Source of the DNA: Octopus vulgaris
Lineage: Eukaryota
Assembly: GCA_951406725.2 (NCBI GenBank)
Contig: OX597824.1
Location: forward strand, 20,584,001-20,648,000
Length of the DNA: 64,000 nucleotides
Reading direction: 5' to 3'
The translations under genes and the position numbers were made by a program. Shown here piece after piece: positions 1 to 13,581 of this stretch (position 1 is its first letter; the number at the start of each line of letters is the position of its first letter). Below the pieces are notes generated by a model that saw only the letters and a list, made by a program, of their open reading frames with translations, ran no database searches and had not been told where the DNA came from.

Positions 1-122
1 GAAGAAATGAAGAATTTAACGTTTCGGGTCCTCCAGGAAGAGACAGACAGAAAGATAGACAGATAGGAGAGAGAGGGGGAGGAGTGTTGCTGTTGCTTGG
101 GCTGTGTATTAGTCGCATATTA

Positions 123-275
123 AGGCGGCCAACTAGCGGAGTCGTTTGGGCGTCAGGTTGACTGCTTGGTGATTTCCATTGCTTTTTTTTTACGTTCTGA
201 ATTCAAATCTTACCGAGGTCAGTTATACTTTCCATCCTTCTGGGGTCGATAACACTGTACCAATCACACACTAGA
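123..275 (+). mobile_element. Degenerate SINE family A
   Basis: Diverged match to the family A consensus seen elsewhere in the window (ggcggc...acgttctgaattcaaat...catccttctggggtcgat). Confidence 0.65.
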
Positions 276-632
276 AACTATTCTGCTCTTGCTCTCATTC
301 TACTTTCTGTTTGTCTGCCTTTCTGGAAGAAATCAGCTGCGTCAGATCTTGAGATGGATAGGCTCCTCCCGGGACTAGAAGTGTCCATAACCACGCCGTA
401 TGTCACGACAAAACCCTAAAAATTCCTTCAATGAGTCGAGGGCCCAAAACAAGGTAAGCCAACATGTATACTAGAAGAATTTCTTAAATGCTAATTATGT
501 CTAAAGTAGGAGAGTGCGGTTGGCAGGAAACAAAGATGCAAATTCTAAAGAATTTGGATGCTCTTTAGAATTAATATCTGATAAAGTACTGGTTAGGCTT
601 CACTGATGAAGGGTGTCGTAATAATGAAATAT

Positions 633-811
633 GTAGGAGTGGCTGTGTGGTAAGTAGCTTGCTTACGAACCACATGGTTCCGGGTTTAGTCCCACTGCGA
701 GGCAACTTGGGCAAGTGTCTTCTACTATAGCCTTGGGCCGACCAAAGCCTTGTGAGTGGATTTTGAAGACGGAAACTGAAAGAAGCCCGTCGTAATATAT
801 CTATCTATCTA

Positions 812-853
<42 letters not shown>

Positions 854-1067
854 TATGTTTGTGTGTCTGTGTTTGTCCCACCAACATCGCTTGACAACCG
901 ATGGTGGTGTGTTTACGTCCCCGTCACTTAGCGGTTCGGCAAAAGAGACCGATAAAATATGTAGTAGGCTTACAAAGAATAAGTCCTGGGGTCGATTTGC
1001 TCGACTAAAGGCGGTGCTCCAGCATGGCCACAGTCAAATGACTGAAACAAGTAAAAGAGTAAAAGAG
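633..1067 (+). mobile_element. SINE family B (tRNA-like head, gatttggtagacggaaactg central domain, internal microsatellite)
   Basis: ggctgtgtggtaag...ggttccgggtt head, internal (TA)n, tail ...gactgaaacaagtaaaagag; more than 10 similar copies in the window. Confidence 0.9.
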
Positions 1068-1659
1068 AATAAATTGTCGCCAATATTGCAGGAACAGAAT
1101 TTACTCTCCACTCTTAAGTGACCGAGTCGTTAGAGCTTGACTATACATTATGCTTCACGATATTTTTTACTGACTCACTGCTTTATGAGTTTAAATCCAG
1201 TCGGGATCAACTTTAATTTTTTTCATCCTTTCGGGGTCGATAATAAAAAAAAAACACACTAATCCAAGGCGATGACGATGAATAGGCGGGACTGTAAGAA
1301 TGTCGGACTGGATACCTTGCGGTATTTGTTCCAACTTTTTGATTTAAAATCCCACCATGATTCACTTGAGTGGCAGATTTAATTCGTCAGCAGTTTACCC
1401 CCCACCAACACCTTGGGTGCTTTCCGCGGAGTCACCTCTACTACAAACATTAGGAACATATTTCCGGTATAAAGAAAAACACTGAATTCTTTTAAAATGA
1501 AGTTGGGATGGAATCTATGAGTCGACAGTATAGAAGACGTGTGGCCCAAGATCAGAGGGGTTTTTGTTTTGTGAGGTAAGTGTTGGGATTTACATTGGGT
1601 TTCATCGTAGTTCAGATAGAATAGTTTTTGAAGCTAATGAAGTATTTTTAGAGTTTTAA

Positions 1660-2275
1660 CCCTCGGCATTTAAACTGGCTATATCCAGCCAAAGTATTCT
1701 ACGTGTTTTATGATCAGATCGACCGGACAACACCTCTAACATCTACTCTACAATGTTGATCTAAAGATAAAACAGTCACATCCTCAAAATCGTGACGCTA
1801 CAAGATAATGCATGATTAATTCAAAACGATGAGAATAAATAAGCAAAGTATTCGTGGTACTCCGTCGGTTACGACGACGAGGGTTTCAGTTGATCCGATT
1901 AACGGACCGGCCTGCTCGTGAAATTAACGTGCAAGTGGCAGAGCGCTCCACAGACACGTGTACCCTTAACATAGATCTCGGGGAGAGTCTGCGTGACACA
2001 GAGTGTGACAAGGCTGACCCTTGGAAATACAGGTACAAGAGAAACCGGAAGAAAGAGTGAGAGAAAGTTGTGGTGAAAGAATACAGCAGGGTTCGCCACC
2101 ATCCCCTGCCGAAGCCTCGTGGAGCTTTAGGTGTTTTCGCTCAATAAACACTCACAACGCCCGGTCTGGGAATCGAAACCGCGATCCTACGACCGCGAGT
2201 CCGCTGCCCTAACCACTGGGCCAGTGTGCCTCCGAAATAAGCATTACATTTGACAATACTCTAAATGCTATATGG
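1660..2275. mobile_element. piggyBac-like MITE interrupted by a SINE
   Basis: TTAA|CCCTCGGCATTTA ... TAAATGCTATATGG|TTAA: imperfect terminal inverted repeats (TIRs) with TTAA at both ends. Confidence 0.65.
1846..2234 (-). mobile_element. SINE family C, tail a (tRNA-Arg-like head, resembling octopus OR-type SINEs)
   Basis: Minus strand has A box tggcccagtggtt, gcggactcgcggtc and B box ggtttcgattcc; 9-bp TSD aaataagca at 1837-1845 and 2235-2243. Confidence 0.9.
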
Positions 2276-2734
2276 TTAAAGATTGAAAATTGATTAAATT
2301 AATAAAAAATAATATTTCATCGATCTAAAGAAGCGATAAACTCTTTGCATAATTTCAAGGGTTTGGAATCGACATAAAAAACCATTCGAAGACACACTCA
2401 AAGTATGAATTACGAATGTAATTCATGAATAGCTTGATTTGGAGACAAATCCCTTTGCTAAGTCTATTGAAATTTTTCAATTTGTAACAGAATATATATT
2501 CCAGTGATAAATAATTCCCCAAACGTAGTTTCATAACTCTAAACCTACACATATACCAACGGCAGCAAAGGTAATAATGATAGTAGTGATGATGATGATG
2601 ATGATGATGATTGGATTCTCTATTTTAGCAATATATATCTACCTTTTTCATTGAAGAGCGCTGAAAAATATATATTCCAGTTCGTACAAAATGCTTGGGG
2701 CAAATAAAATTGAAAATAATGTTTATATCCATGA

Positions 2735-2970
2735 CCTATTTCTTTACTATCCACAAGGGGCTAAACACAGAGAGGGGACAAACAAGGACAGACAAACGGA
2801 TTAAGTCGATTATATCAACCCCAGTGCGTAACTGGTACTTATTTAATCGACCCCGAAAGGATGAAAGGCAAAGTCGACCTCGGCGGAATTTGAACTCAAA
2901 ACGTAGCGGCAGACGACATACCGCTAAGCAATTCGCCCGGCGTGCTAACGTTTCTGCCAGCTCGCCGCCT
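2735..2970 (-). mobile_element. SINE family A
   Basis: Reverse complement of ggcggcgagctggcagaaacgttagcacgccgggcg...gagttcaaattccgccgaggtcgac...ccccttgtgg. Confidence 0.9.
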
Positions 2971-3930
2971 TTATATCCATTACCAGTCACAGAAAAGATA
3001 TGGAGGGAGAGAAAGAGAGAAAGAGAGAGAGAGAGAGAGAGAGGTGGTAACAAAGAATGTGAGGTAAGAAGAGAGGCAGAGGTACGAAACTTAATAGGTA
3101 TATTGATGATTCACGTGACGGAACACATCCACAGAGAAACGTTGACGTGTAATCGCCAAAAGATATCGAAGAAGAAAAGTCTTGAAAATTTGGAATATGT
3201 AAAATAATTACAAATAAATAAATAAAAATATTTTAAAAATCTACATGGAAGGTAGCAAGATCAGTATCTAGTGTTATGGTAAGCAACTGATTAAACCTTT
3301 AATCATGAGATTTAGAGATTTCAAAACCGAGTCGAAAAGGTTTCCTACATTTTTTCTCTCTTTCTCTATTTTTTTTATCTCCCAGAGTGGAATTTCTAAT
3401 TCTAAAAATCTGAAAGTTTCCTAAGAAAATATTCGCCTATCACATTTGAAACTCATCAACTTCTAGTCCTGTTAGATTCTGGGTGTTCTTTAGAATTAAG
3501 ATCTGGCAGTGTATTTGTAAAGCTTTGCTGATGAAGTGTAATTAGGCGGAAGTATGTTCAGAGTTGTCGCCCAAGCCACAAGATCAGGATTCACTCCACG
3601 CTAAGATGACCGAGTGATCAGATCATCATACAGAATGATTTACGGCATTTTCTCCAGGTCGTTGGATTAGCGGGACTGTAAGGGTGTTGAACCAGATGTC
3701 GCGCTGATTTTGTTTCAACTCTTTGAGTTCAAATCCCAGCATAGGCTACTTGTGTGGTAGACTTACTTTAGCACAATAACCTAACATAGTCGTCCTTAAG
3801 TTTTTCAGTATAAAGGAGGATTTCTAAAAAAAAAAAAAACTTTTTCTTTAAAGTTACAAAATCTTTTATCAGGATGCTACTAACCTTCTTGAGAAGAAGT
3901 TTCTTTTTACTAGTGTGTTCGAGTACTTTC

Positions 3931-4908
<978 letters not shown>

Positions 4909-5041
4909 GGCATTGTGCTCTTCGAAGTAATACGTGATTATAACTTAAAACTTGTCCGATAACTGATATGCAATGTTTCATTGAAATACTTTAAGAAAGC
5001 TGTTTCTCTACGGTTATAGATACGTTGCATGTTTACATATT

Positions 5042-5082
<41 letters not shown>

Positions 5083-5667
5083 ACAACTCCATTACAGAAA
5101 ATAACTAGTTTTAGAAGATTTAAGCTTTTTACCTTGTGTGCTGTGCATATCTTAAACGAACTATCAACTACAAATCTACAGAGACCAACTTTAAATATAT
5201 TTAACACTCTGTGCTGGTGCCTTTGTTTGTTCTGCTTATCTGTTTATCTATTATGCTATCTATTTTATACCCCCGTATTTAGCTTTCCACTTCTGTCAAA
5301 ACAAATTTCAATGCAAGTACCATGCTTATTGCATACTATAATCAAGAAATTCCATTCTGTTCTAAGATTAGACGCAGCAAAAATATGTAATCATATACAT
5401 CAGTCAACTTCATTTAGCGACCTGCTACGAACCTCCCACAAATCATATCATGGCTTTAAAAAAAAAATGGTGCGGGGGGGTGGGGTAGCATGGGTTGTAA
5501 GATACATTACTGAGTTTGAAATATAAGAAGTGATACGCACAGTCGACAAACTTTTAATTATAGATCCACTGGATTAAAGCTGACTTGAGGCTAAGCAATA
5601 TCTTAATAGTGAATTCTTTTGCATCTTGACTTACTTATTTCTTTTTAATTACGGCCTCCAGGCCATC

Positions 5668-5958
5668 GTGGAGGCACGTGGCCTAGTGGTTAGAGCAGCG
5701 GACACGCGGTCGAGGGATTGCGGGTTCGAATCTCAGACCGTTTATGAGCGAAACATCTAAGTTCCACGCGGCTCCAGGTAGAAGGTAATGGCGAACTTCT
5801 GCTGACTCTTTCGCCACAACTTTCTCTCACTCTTTCCTCTTGCAGCTCACCTGCGACGGACCGGCGTCCCGTCCAAGTGAGGAACCTATACGCCAATGAA
5901 ACCTGGAAAACCGGCCCTTATGAGCCAAACACGGCTCGGAAAAGAACAAACAACAACA
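5668..5958 (+). mobile_element. SINE family C, tail b (cctgcgacggaccggcgtcccgtcc module, (AAC)n end)
   Basis: tRNA-like head; 8-bp TSD aggccatc at 5660-5667 and 5959-5966. Confidence 0.88.
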
Positions 5959-6026
5959 AGGCCATCAATTTTGAGGCGGATCGAGGTGCGGGTTAAGCTG
6001 GTTACATCGATCATATTGACTGGTGC

Positions 6027-6625
6027 AAGGCGGCGAGCTAGCAGAACCATTATCACGGCGGTATTTCGTCTGCCGTTACGTTTTGAGTTCAAATTCCGCC
6101 GAGGTTGACTTTGCCTTTCATCCTTTCGGGGTCGATGAATTAAGTACCAGTTACGCACTGGAGTCGATGTAATCGACTGAATCCCTTTATCTATCCTTGT
6201 TTGTCTTCCTCTATGTTTAGCCCCTTGTGGGTAATAAAGAAATAGGTATTTCGTCTGCCGCTACGTTCTGAGCTCAAATTCCGCCTAGGTTGACTTTGCC
6301 TTTCATCCTTTCGGGGTAGATGAATTAAGTACCAGTTACGCACTGGAGTCGATGTAATCGACTGAATCCCTTTATCAATCCTTGTTTGTCTTCCTCTATG
6401 TTTAGCCCCTTGTGGGGCAATAAAGAAATAAGAAACGTTAGTAGGCCGGGCGAAATGCTTAACAGCATTTCGTCTGTCTTTGTTTTGAGTTCAAATTTCA
6501 TCGAGTTCGACTTGGCCTTTTATCCTTTCGGGGGTCAATAAATTAAGTAACAGTTGCGTACTGGGGTCGATCTAATCGGCTGGCCCCACTCACTCAAAAT
6601 TTCGGGCCTTGTGCCTATAGTAGGA
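6027..6625 (+). mobile_element. SINE family A with three internal ~185-bp modules
   Basis: The gtatttcgtctgcc...cctttcggggtcgat module occurs three times, ending in gggccttgtgcctatagtag. Confidence 0.9.
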
Positions 6626-7469
6626 AAAAAGGTTTATTTATTTATTTATTTATCTATTCTAAATTAAAAGGGTGAAAAACATTATGAGAAACTAAAGAAA
6701 TTCAGATTAATTCCAGCAATGTTGATTGCAAGGTTCAAGCACAAGTGGTGTAAATATTTGTATTTTACACATTCGGGGTATAAAAACTGAGGTGCGTGTA
6801 ATATATTAAGCCAAATCAATTGTTCTTTAAGCCTCGTTCGTTTTTCAGAGTCAGCATTGCATCTATATAAGAAATCAATATTTTTATTTCCAACCAGACG
6901 CCAAATTCAAAAATAGCAATTCTATACGGGTGATGTTGGAATCAACATGATATCATTGCAATACGAGTGCGGGAATGTAAATTTATCGTTCTAAAGAACA
7001 AAATATTATTTGCTGTCCCTGGAGACGATGGAAAGAATTGGTTTCCGATAAGTGAAAATTTGCAAGCAAATTTTGTTTCGGTCTAAAATTTGGTTCGAAA
7101 ATATCAAAAAAAGTTTCTATAGAAATAACTTCAAAATTCAAATTTGAAAAACTACCAAAAAAAGAAAAAAAAATGTATGGAAAGAAATCACAAGAATTTG
7201 TTACTATTGAAAATCAGCATATTTAAGATGTAATCTTATTTTGGGCTATTTTTTTATTATTATTTAAAACCGCACGCTATTCCCGAAAAAGAACGTATTT
7301 TCAAACGGGGGAAAGTGTGTGTATTAACATATTGTAAAGAGAACTACGGATGACATTGTGAAGAGGGCGTATAGAGGACTAATATAAGTGTTGCTGATTC
7401 GATTCATGGCAAAAACTACTGGATCGCCCTAACATTTAACTCATAACTATTTCTTTATTACCCATTAAC

Positions 7470-8262
7470 GGGCTACATAGAAGGGACAAAACAATCACGA
7501 ATGATTAATACATAAATGTGTTTCTGGGGTCAGTTTAAAAATTGAATGATAAATAAAAGTTGGAATGATGAAACAATTACATTAAACAAATTTACAAATG
7601 TAGTGGAGCGGGTCTACGGACCCCACGCTCCCCGCCACGACACTTGACCTTGTGTTTTTTCCGGCCTATCTTGCATTGGTGAGGGACCTTTTATTCACCA
7701 CATTTTTCCACCTTTCATTAAACACTTTCTTACTCAGACTCCTCCTCTCTAGTTCTATTTGCCTTTTCATGTGGAATTTAAAATATTCCACCAGGCCAGA
7801 ACCAGAGATGAAGTCGTCTGTTATCTTCCCTTTCATCCTTGTCTTCCATACTGCCTGTTTCGCGGTTGAAACCACAGAGAGAAAACAATTCTTACCTTCT
7901 TTCGTTAAGAAATCCGGTGGGCTGATTTTTACAATGGATTCGGCTGATAGCTGTACTCTTCCTTCACTTGACACCAGTTGTTCGGCAAAAACCCACATAT
8001 CTGCCACCTCCGGACACTGCACAATCGCGTGCGAGACGGTTTCCCTGTCTCGCCCACACCTCGGACAGGTCGGGCTGACTTGGCCTCCGTGCCTTGCGAG
8101 TTTGTCCCGAACAGGTAAGGCTCCTCGGTAACACTGCCAAGCCAAAGACTTCTGAAAATTATCCAGGGTCTTCGGCCCGAATGTACGTTGGAACAGACTG
8201 GCCAGCTGATTATCGTCGAAACCTAGGGTTTCCCCTAGCGTATCATCGTTACCGGCCTCTAC
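7470..8262 (-). mobile_element. 5'-truncated L1/Tx1-clade LINE: ORF2 C-terminus (zf-RVT) and 3' UTR
   Basis: Open frame ~8262-7666 reads FQKSLAWQCYRGALPVRDKL...CPRCGRDRETVSHAIVQC, a CxxC-x8-H-x4-C knuckle typical of L1/Tx1 ORF2. The 3' boundary is approximate. Confidence 0.85.
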
Positions 8263-8605
8263 AGCGGACTCGTGGTCGGAGGATCGCGGTTTCGATTCCC
8301 AGACCGGGCGTTTATTGAGCGAAAACGCCTAAAGCTCTACGAGGCTCCGGCAGGAGGTGGTGGCGACCCCTGTTGTACTCTTTTGCTCCAACTTTCTCTC
8401 ACTCTTTCTTCCTGTTTCTTGTCCCCGACTTCCTAGGCAACCGCTGAGCCTGGATGCACATTCATCCATCCGTCGATGCTCTCGGTGTCGGGGGTTGACC
8501 TGCTTTCTCTTCTGCGGGTCTTACGAATAGCAAAGGACCACGTTTCGGACTTCTCCCAAGGGACGAAAACCGCTTCGCTCAACAAACAAACAAACAAACA
8601 AACAA
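8262..8605 (+). mobile_element. SINE family C, tail c ((AAAC)n end), 5'-clipped
   Basis: cagcggactcgtggtc head; the tail gcaaccgctgagcctggatg...ttcggacttctccc is shared with 57213-57553. Confidence 0.85.
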
Positions 8606-8672
8606 GCAGCACCAGCTTGCACATATATTCACACACACAAAATTAAGCGCGCGCGCACAAACACACACACGC

Positions 8673-8705
<33 letters not shown>

Positions 8706-8714
8706 CACACATAC

Positions 8715-8754
<40 letters not shown>

Positions 8755-8760
<6 letters not shown>

Positions 8761-9190
8761 GATAAGATCGTTAATTTAAATATCGATCTTATCAAGTGGT
8801 CAGCATGGGAATAAAAACCTTCAAAAGTAATAATTATGATTAAAATTATAATTTAGGGTATCTAAAAGATACCGCCACGCTGGAAATAGCAGCCAAAATC
8901 TGACTCTAAAACCACATTAAATGTTCATACAGCACTAGGAGAGAAGACAAAAAGACAAAATAAACTAGCAAAAAAAATTACTGGATAATTCCAGACCCCG
9001 GATTTCTGAATTTGCATAAGAAATGCTTTGCCTCTTCAGTGGAATATACGCAGAAAGTAACATAAATACACACATGTATATACACATAACATGCGAATAC
9101 CAACATATACGAACGTATACATACATATATATGCAGATTTTGGCTGCTATTTCCAGCGTGGCGGTATCTCTTAGATACCCTAAATTATAA
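8755..9190. mobile_element. Probable PLE-derived element with a 57-bp inverted repeat
   Basis: Arms 8846-8902 and 9134-9190 (one mismatch); half-HHR ctgaagaggcaaagc on the minus strand near 9025-9040. Confidence 0.5.
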
Positions 9191-10109
9191 CACACACACA
9201 CACACACATTTTGTAATCATGGCCGTCATTCGTAAACGTGTATGACTTTGTAGCATGCACCATGCTTTCCCTCATTGAATTTCTTTAGAGGTCTACGTAG
9301 TCGCGGGCAGATATAGACAGCTTCTTGGTTCCCTACTTTATTTGACAAAGCGAAACATCCAGGATGGGACAGGAAGAGGAAGGGGTTGTTTCAAGAATCG
9401 GCCGAGTCACTGAGGTGACTGGAGTAACATTACGTGCCGTTTGATCCAAGGATTGAACCCCCGATGTATTGGGTCACATAAGACTACTAAATAGTCTGAC
9501 AGTCTCTCATCAAAAATTTAAGACATCAGTTTGTTTTCAACACAAGGCAAAAATAACAGAAATGATATGAGAATTAAGAAAATACAAATCCTAAACCAAC
9601 GCCCTTATGCTGGACCTTTTTTTTTTTTGTAAAGATCATTAAAATCTAGAATTACTAGAATCATACCGTTTCGCCGAAAAGTTATTTGTAGAGACCATAA
9701 AACAGGATTTGACCCTGATTTAATTTTTCCCACCGTAACATACTTTAAAAAAATAGATGACTATTTAGACATTCAACCTTGGGTGAAATTTATAAAGTTG
9801 TTTATTCAGAGGCCCTTGAAACTAAAATTGAGGAATTTGGAGGGTTACTTAAACATTCTGTCATTGTACTTATCAAACAGATTCAGGTTCGAACGTAAGC
9901 AGCAATTGTAATTCAAAGATGTTTAATTACTGAATTAAGATTGTTCGATGTTTTTACTAAAGTCCAGGAATCACTTTAGCTGTGAATTCGCACCCAAACA
10001 CGACATTTAAAGAACTAACTGCAATTCTCAACCAGTCATTAGAATTGGTAGGATTATGAAACAAGGAAACATAATTAATTCAATTAACCACGTGGAAGAC
10101 ACATATTGG

Positions 10110-10290
10110 AATCAAATTTTGGCACAAGGCCAGCAATTTCGGGGGCGAGATTAAGTCGATTACATCGACTCCCAATGTTCAACTTCGACTCCTAAAGGAT
10201 GAAAGGAAAGCCGACCCCGGCGTAAATACGGACGAAATGCAGCAAAGCATATTGTCCGACATGCTGCCGATTCTGCCAGCTCACTGCCTT
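10110..10290 (-). mobile_element. Degenerate SINE family A
   Basis: Family A similarity, flanked by the TSD acgtggaagacac (10090, 10291). Confidence 0.8.
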
Positions 10291-10518
10291 ACGTGGAAGA
10301 CACGCATTAGCCATCAAAAACGCACAAAGATTGTTAACTTTTCTAAACATTTATTATTTGATGTCAGTGAAAAGTGTCAGTCCATTCTGTAGCGTGTCTT
10401 CGGACAAAATAGCCCGTGGGAAAATAACCCATTTCTCCACCGCCGTCTCCGAAGCCATGAAATCAGGGTCATGAGCACTGCACTTCCTCACAAGATTACA
10501 TCATAGAAGAAGTATTTA

Positions 10519-10890
10519 CAGGGCGTTCGGGCTAAATTTCACAGTTTGCATAAAAGGAAAAGAAAATACAATATCCCATGCATAAATATAAGTATTTTTT
10601 TAAAAATCAAAAGATATCAATTATATAATAGCTGTGAGATAACAGTTTACTTAAAGTAGCTGCCCTCGGCTTCCACTACGGCCTCGAGATGACTCCGGGG
10701 ACCTGGCGCACGCGTTCCTTCCTGGGAAGGTTTTCGTACACTTCCTTGATTTTGGCCACCAGCTCGGCCCTGCTGTTGCAGGCAGAGTGGTTGGTGTCTT
10801 TGTCAACCATGCCCCACACATATTAATTCATGGGATTATAATCGGAGAATTAGGAGCCCCCAAATTAGAGCTGGTGAAGTCATAGAAACT
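10519..10890 (-). mobile_element. Tc1/mariner (maT/DD37D-like) 3' fragment with decayed transposase C-terminus
   Basis: Minus-strand translation across frameshifts gives PNSP.YNPM..YVWGMVDKDTN...RAELVAKIKEV...HLEAVVEAEGSYFK*; terminus TA|CAGGGCGTTC. Confidence 0.8.
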
Positions 10891-12063
10891 GAAGCAAGAG
10901 TTGAGCTTGTTAGTTTCTGCGACGAAAATCTTGACACCAAATAATAAATGTTTAAGTGAATGAAGTTAAGAGTCTTTGTGCATTTTTGAATGGGTAATAT
11001 GAGTCTTCCACGCTGTTATTATTTTAATCTCATCTTCAGTTCTCAGATCAAATCACATATCAAGCAAAGTACATCTTCGAAATAATTATTAACTGCTTCG
11101 CCGAATGAAGAAAGAACTAACGGTTTGGTGGTATTCTCTGTCGCAGACGAATATTTTTGTTATGCATTGGAAGCATTAGTTCCCTACTTCCCTCAGCATT
11201 CTCACAGAGTTTCCTTTATTCCTTTCCAAACTTATTCCCAGAAGTTACGTGAAGTGAGGCACGTAGAAGCGTTTTGCTCAGAGAGATAAACAAAATGCCT
11301 TGCAGTGTATATAAAACTTCTAATCTATTTCAAGAAAGATTAATAAGTCCCAAAGGAAATAGACAAAAATTTACCTGATAGTCTAAACTTTAACTGCTAT
11401 TGCAATTCTGAAGATATATCACACACAACCTCAACAAACAAGACTACGGTTTAATTATTTAATATCGGGCATTTATCTGTTTGAAGTGAGAGGTTATAGA
11501 AATTAATGCAGCCGTTAGAGACTTCATCTCCCTCTTTGTGGCTTACTCTTCCAATATTACGGCCAGCGATATTATTTTTGGAGATGTCAAACTTATTTTT
11601 CCGCCGAAGCCGAAGCTACAAAGTGATAAGAGATTTATTTACAGACTGCTGGCTTCTAATGTTAATACCAGATTCCGGTTCACGTGAAAAAGTATAGACA
11701 GAACTTCTCCACTTTCTAAACTGCTTTAAAAAGTTCAGGTTTTATTATGGTTGTGTAAACAAAAGGGCCAGATGAAATAACATTACAATAGTTTCTTATT
11801 AGGTACAAAGCGAAAGGTTTTTTCCCCTTCTAAACTAACACATCGTACAACATTCTATTTTTCTTCTATATTACTTTTAAAGAGCTTAAAACAAAATAAA
11901 TTTGAAATGCTTTGAAATAAATCTTCTCTAAAAAACGGTAGAATTATATAAATCAAAGCAACAATTTCTAGTCATAGAACTTATAGTTTTGATTTATTTA
12001 TTTTTTATTGATTGGGTCTAGGGAAACGAACGTTGCTCATAGCTTTTGGGGGCCCTCACAGAC
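10890..12063 (+). pseudogene. Possible highly decayed hAT transposase, C-terminal region
   Basis: Near 11540-11660, LTLP.(frameshift)TAS...F..VKLI...RS resembles the hAT dimerisation motif LTLPVTTASAERSFSKLKLIK..LRS. Boundaries are uncertain. Confidence 0.3.
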
Positions 12064-12392
12064 TGGTAAGATCGATATAGTTAATGTCCCTCTTGAACAA
12101 TTACAAGTGGACAGTCGCGGAGAAAAACATGAGCAAGGAATGAATTTCAGAGGTCCAACTTTTGCGGGGAAAGAACAGGGCGATGTGGTTAATGCAGGAC
12201 TTTGGAATGCAAACAATATGGTTGACGAAAGAAGAAAATACGAGTTGGAAATACAAGAGTGGAGATGGCAGCTTACTCCGAGGAGAACTGCTCGCATATA
12301 GAGGACGTTGCTGCTGTTATGCACACCAGCATTATATGCAAATTAAGATTATATATTATTCACATAATATCCACAATTGAATACGGTTAACA

Positions 12393-12434
12393 TGTAGTAG
12401 TAGTAGCAGCAGCAGTAGCAGTAGTAGTAGCGGC

Positions 12435-12478
<44 letters not shown>

Positions 12479-12487
12479 CGGCAGTAA

Positions 12488-12540
<53 letters not shown>

Positions 12541-12580
12541 GTAGCCGCAGTAGTAGTAGTAGTTGTAGTTGTAGTAGTAG
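12393..12580. repeat. (TAG)n/(CAG)n trinucleotide microsatellite
   Basis: Directly visible. Confidence 0.95.
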
Positions 12581-13169
12581 GGAGCATACACTGTAATAGC
12601 GCGTCGCTGTATCCAACGTTTGTTGGTGATTCCCTTACGCCCGGAGGAGGAATGATGACATCTTTGACCACTTGGGCGACAACTCTCCAGCCCATGGGTA
12701 GTCGTTGCCGGAGAGGTATTTTGTGCGGTTGGAGTGCATACCCTACCTCAGCCTGTTTTAGTCACCTTTTACGACACGCAGAGGAAACGCTGGCTCTATT
12801 CCTGAAGATGTCAGTTCCCTAAGAGCACATATCTAAGACAAGTTCTAAAATTTTTGAATCTGTCCAACATGATGGCGAAGAAAGAAAAATTACATGGATG
12901 CAAATCCTATTTTTGCCTTCTCATTAATAAAGAGCAGGTGATAAAAATTTCGCTAGTTTATTAAAGGGGTTGAGTATCGATCATTTTGAAACCAATAATT
13001 TATCCAATTTACTCACCTTTTTTCCCCTCTTTCACCGGCTCAATTTTGGCCAAAGAACCTTAATCCGAAACCACGGATTTCCCCCATAAATGGCAAACAA
13101 ACGTATTCCCGACTATAAATTCTCTTGGATTGCAAACGTAGCAGACGGAGTATGCAATAAAGAAGAAAG

Positions 13170-13565
13170 GTGGCGAGCTAAAAGAAACGTTAGCACGCCG
13201 GGCGTAATGCGTACCCGTATTTCGTTTGCCGCTACGTTCTGAGTTCAAATTCCGCCGAGGTCGACTTTGCCTTTCATCCTTTCGGGGTCGATTAAAGAAG
13301 TACCAGTTACGCACTGGAGTCGATATAATCGACTTAATCCGTTTGTCTGTCCTTGTTTATCCTCTCTGTGTTTAGCCCCTTTTGGGTAGTAAAGAAATAG
13401 GTATTTCGTCTGTCTTTATGTTCTGAGATCAAATTCCGCAGAGGTCGACTTTGCCTTTCATCCTTTCGGGGTCGATAAATAAAGTACCAGTTGTGCACTG
13501 GAGTCGATCTAATCGACTGGCCCCCTTCCCCAAAATTTCGGGCCTTGTGCCTAGAGTAGAAAAGA
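13170..13565 (+). mobile_element. SINE family A, two modules
   Basis: Consensus match; TSD aataaagaagaa (13156, 13565). Confidence 0.9.
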
Positions 13566-13581
13566 ATAAAGAAGAACGGTT

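Noticed and set aside
330-459. Possible exon (pyrimidine tract, AAG|GTAAGC donor)
   Set aside because: Stops occur in all three frames and there is no support for a non-coding exon.
12008-12301. 97-aa ORF as a host exon or transposase tail
   Set aside because: Only a faint resemblance to transposase C-termini, and no convincing splice context.
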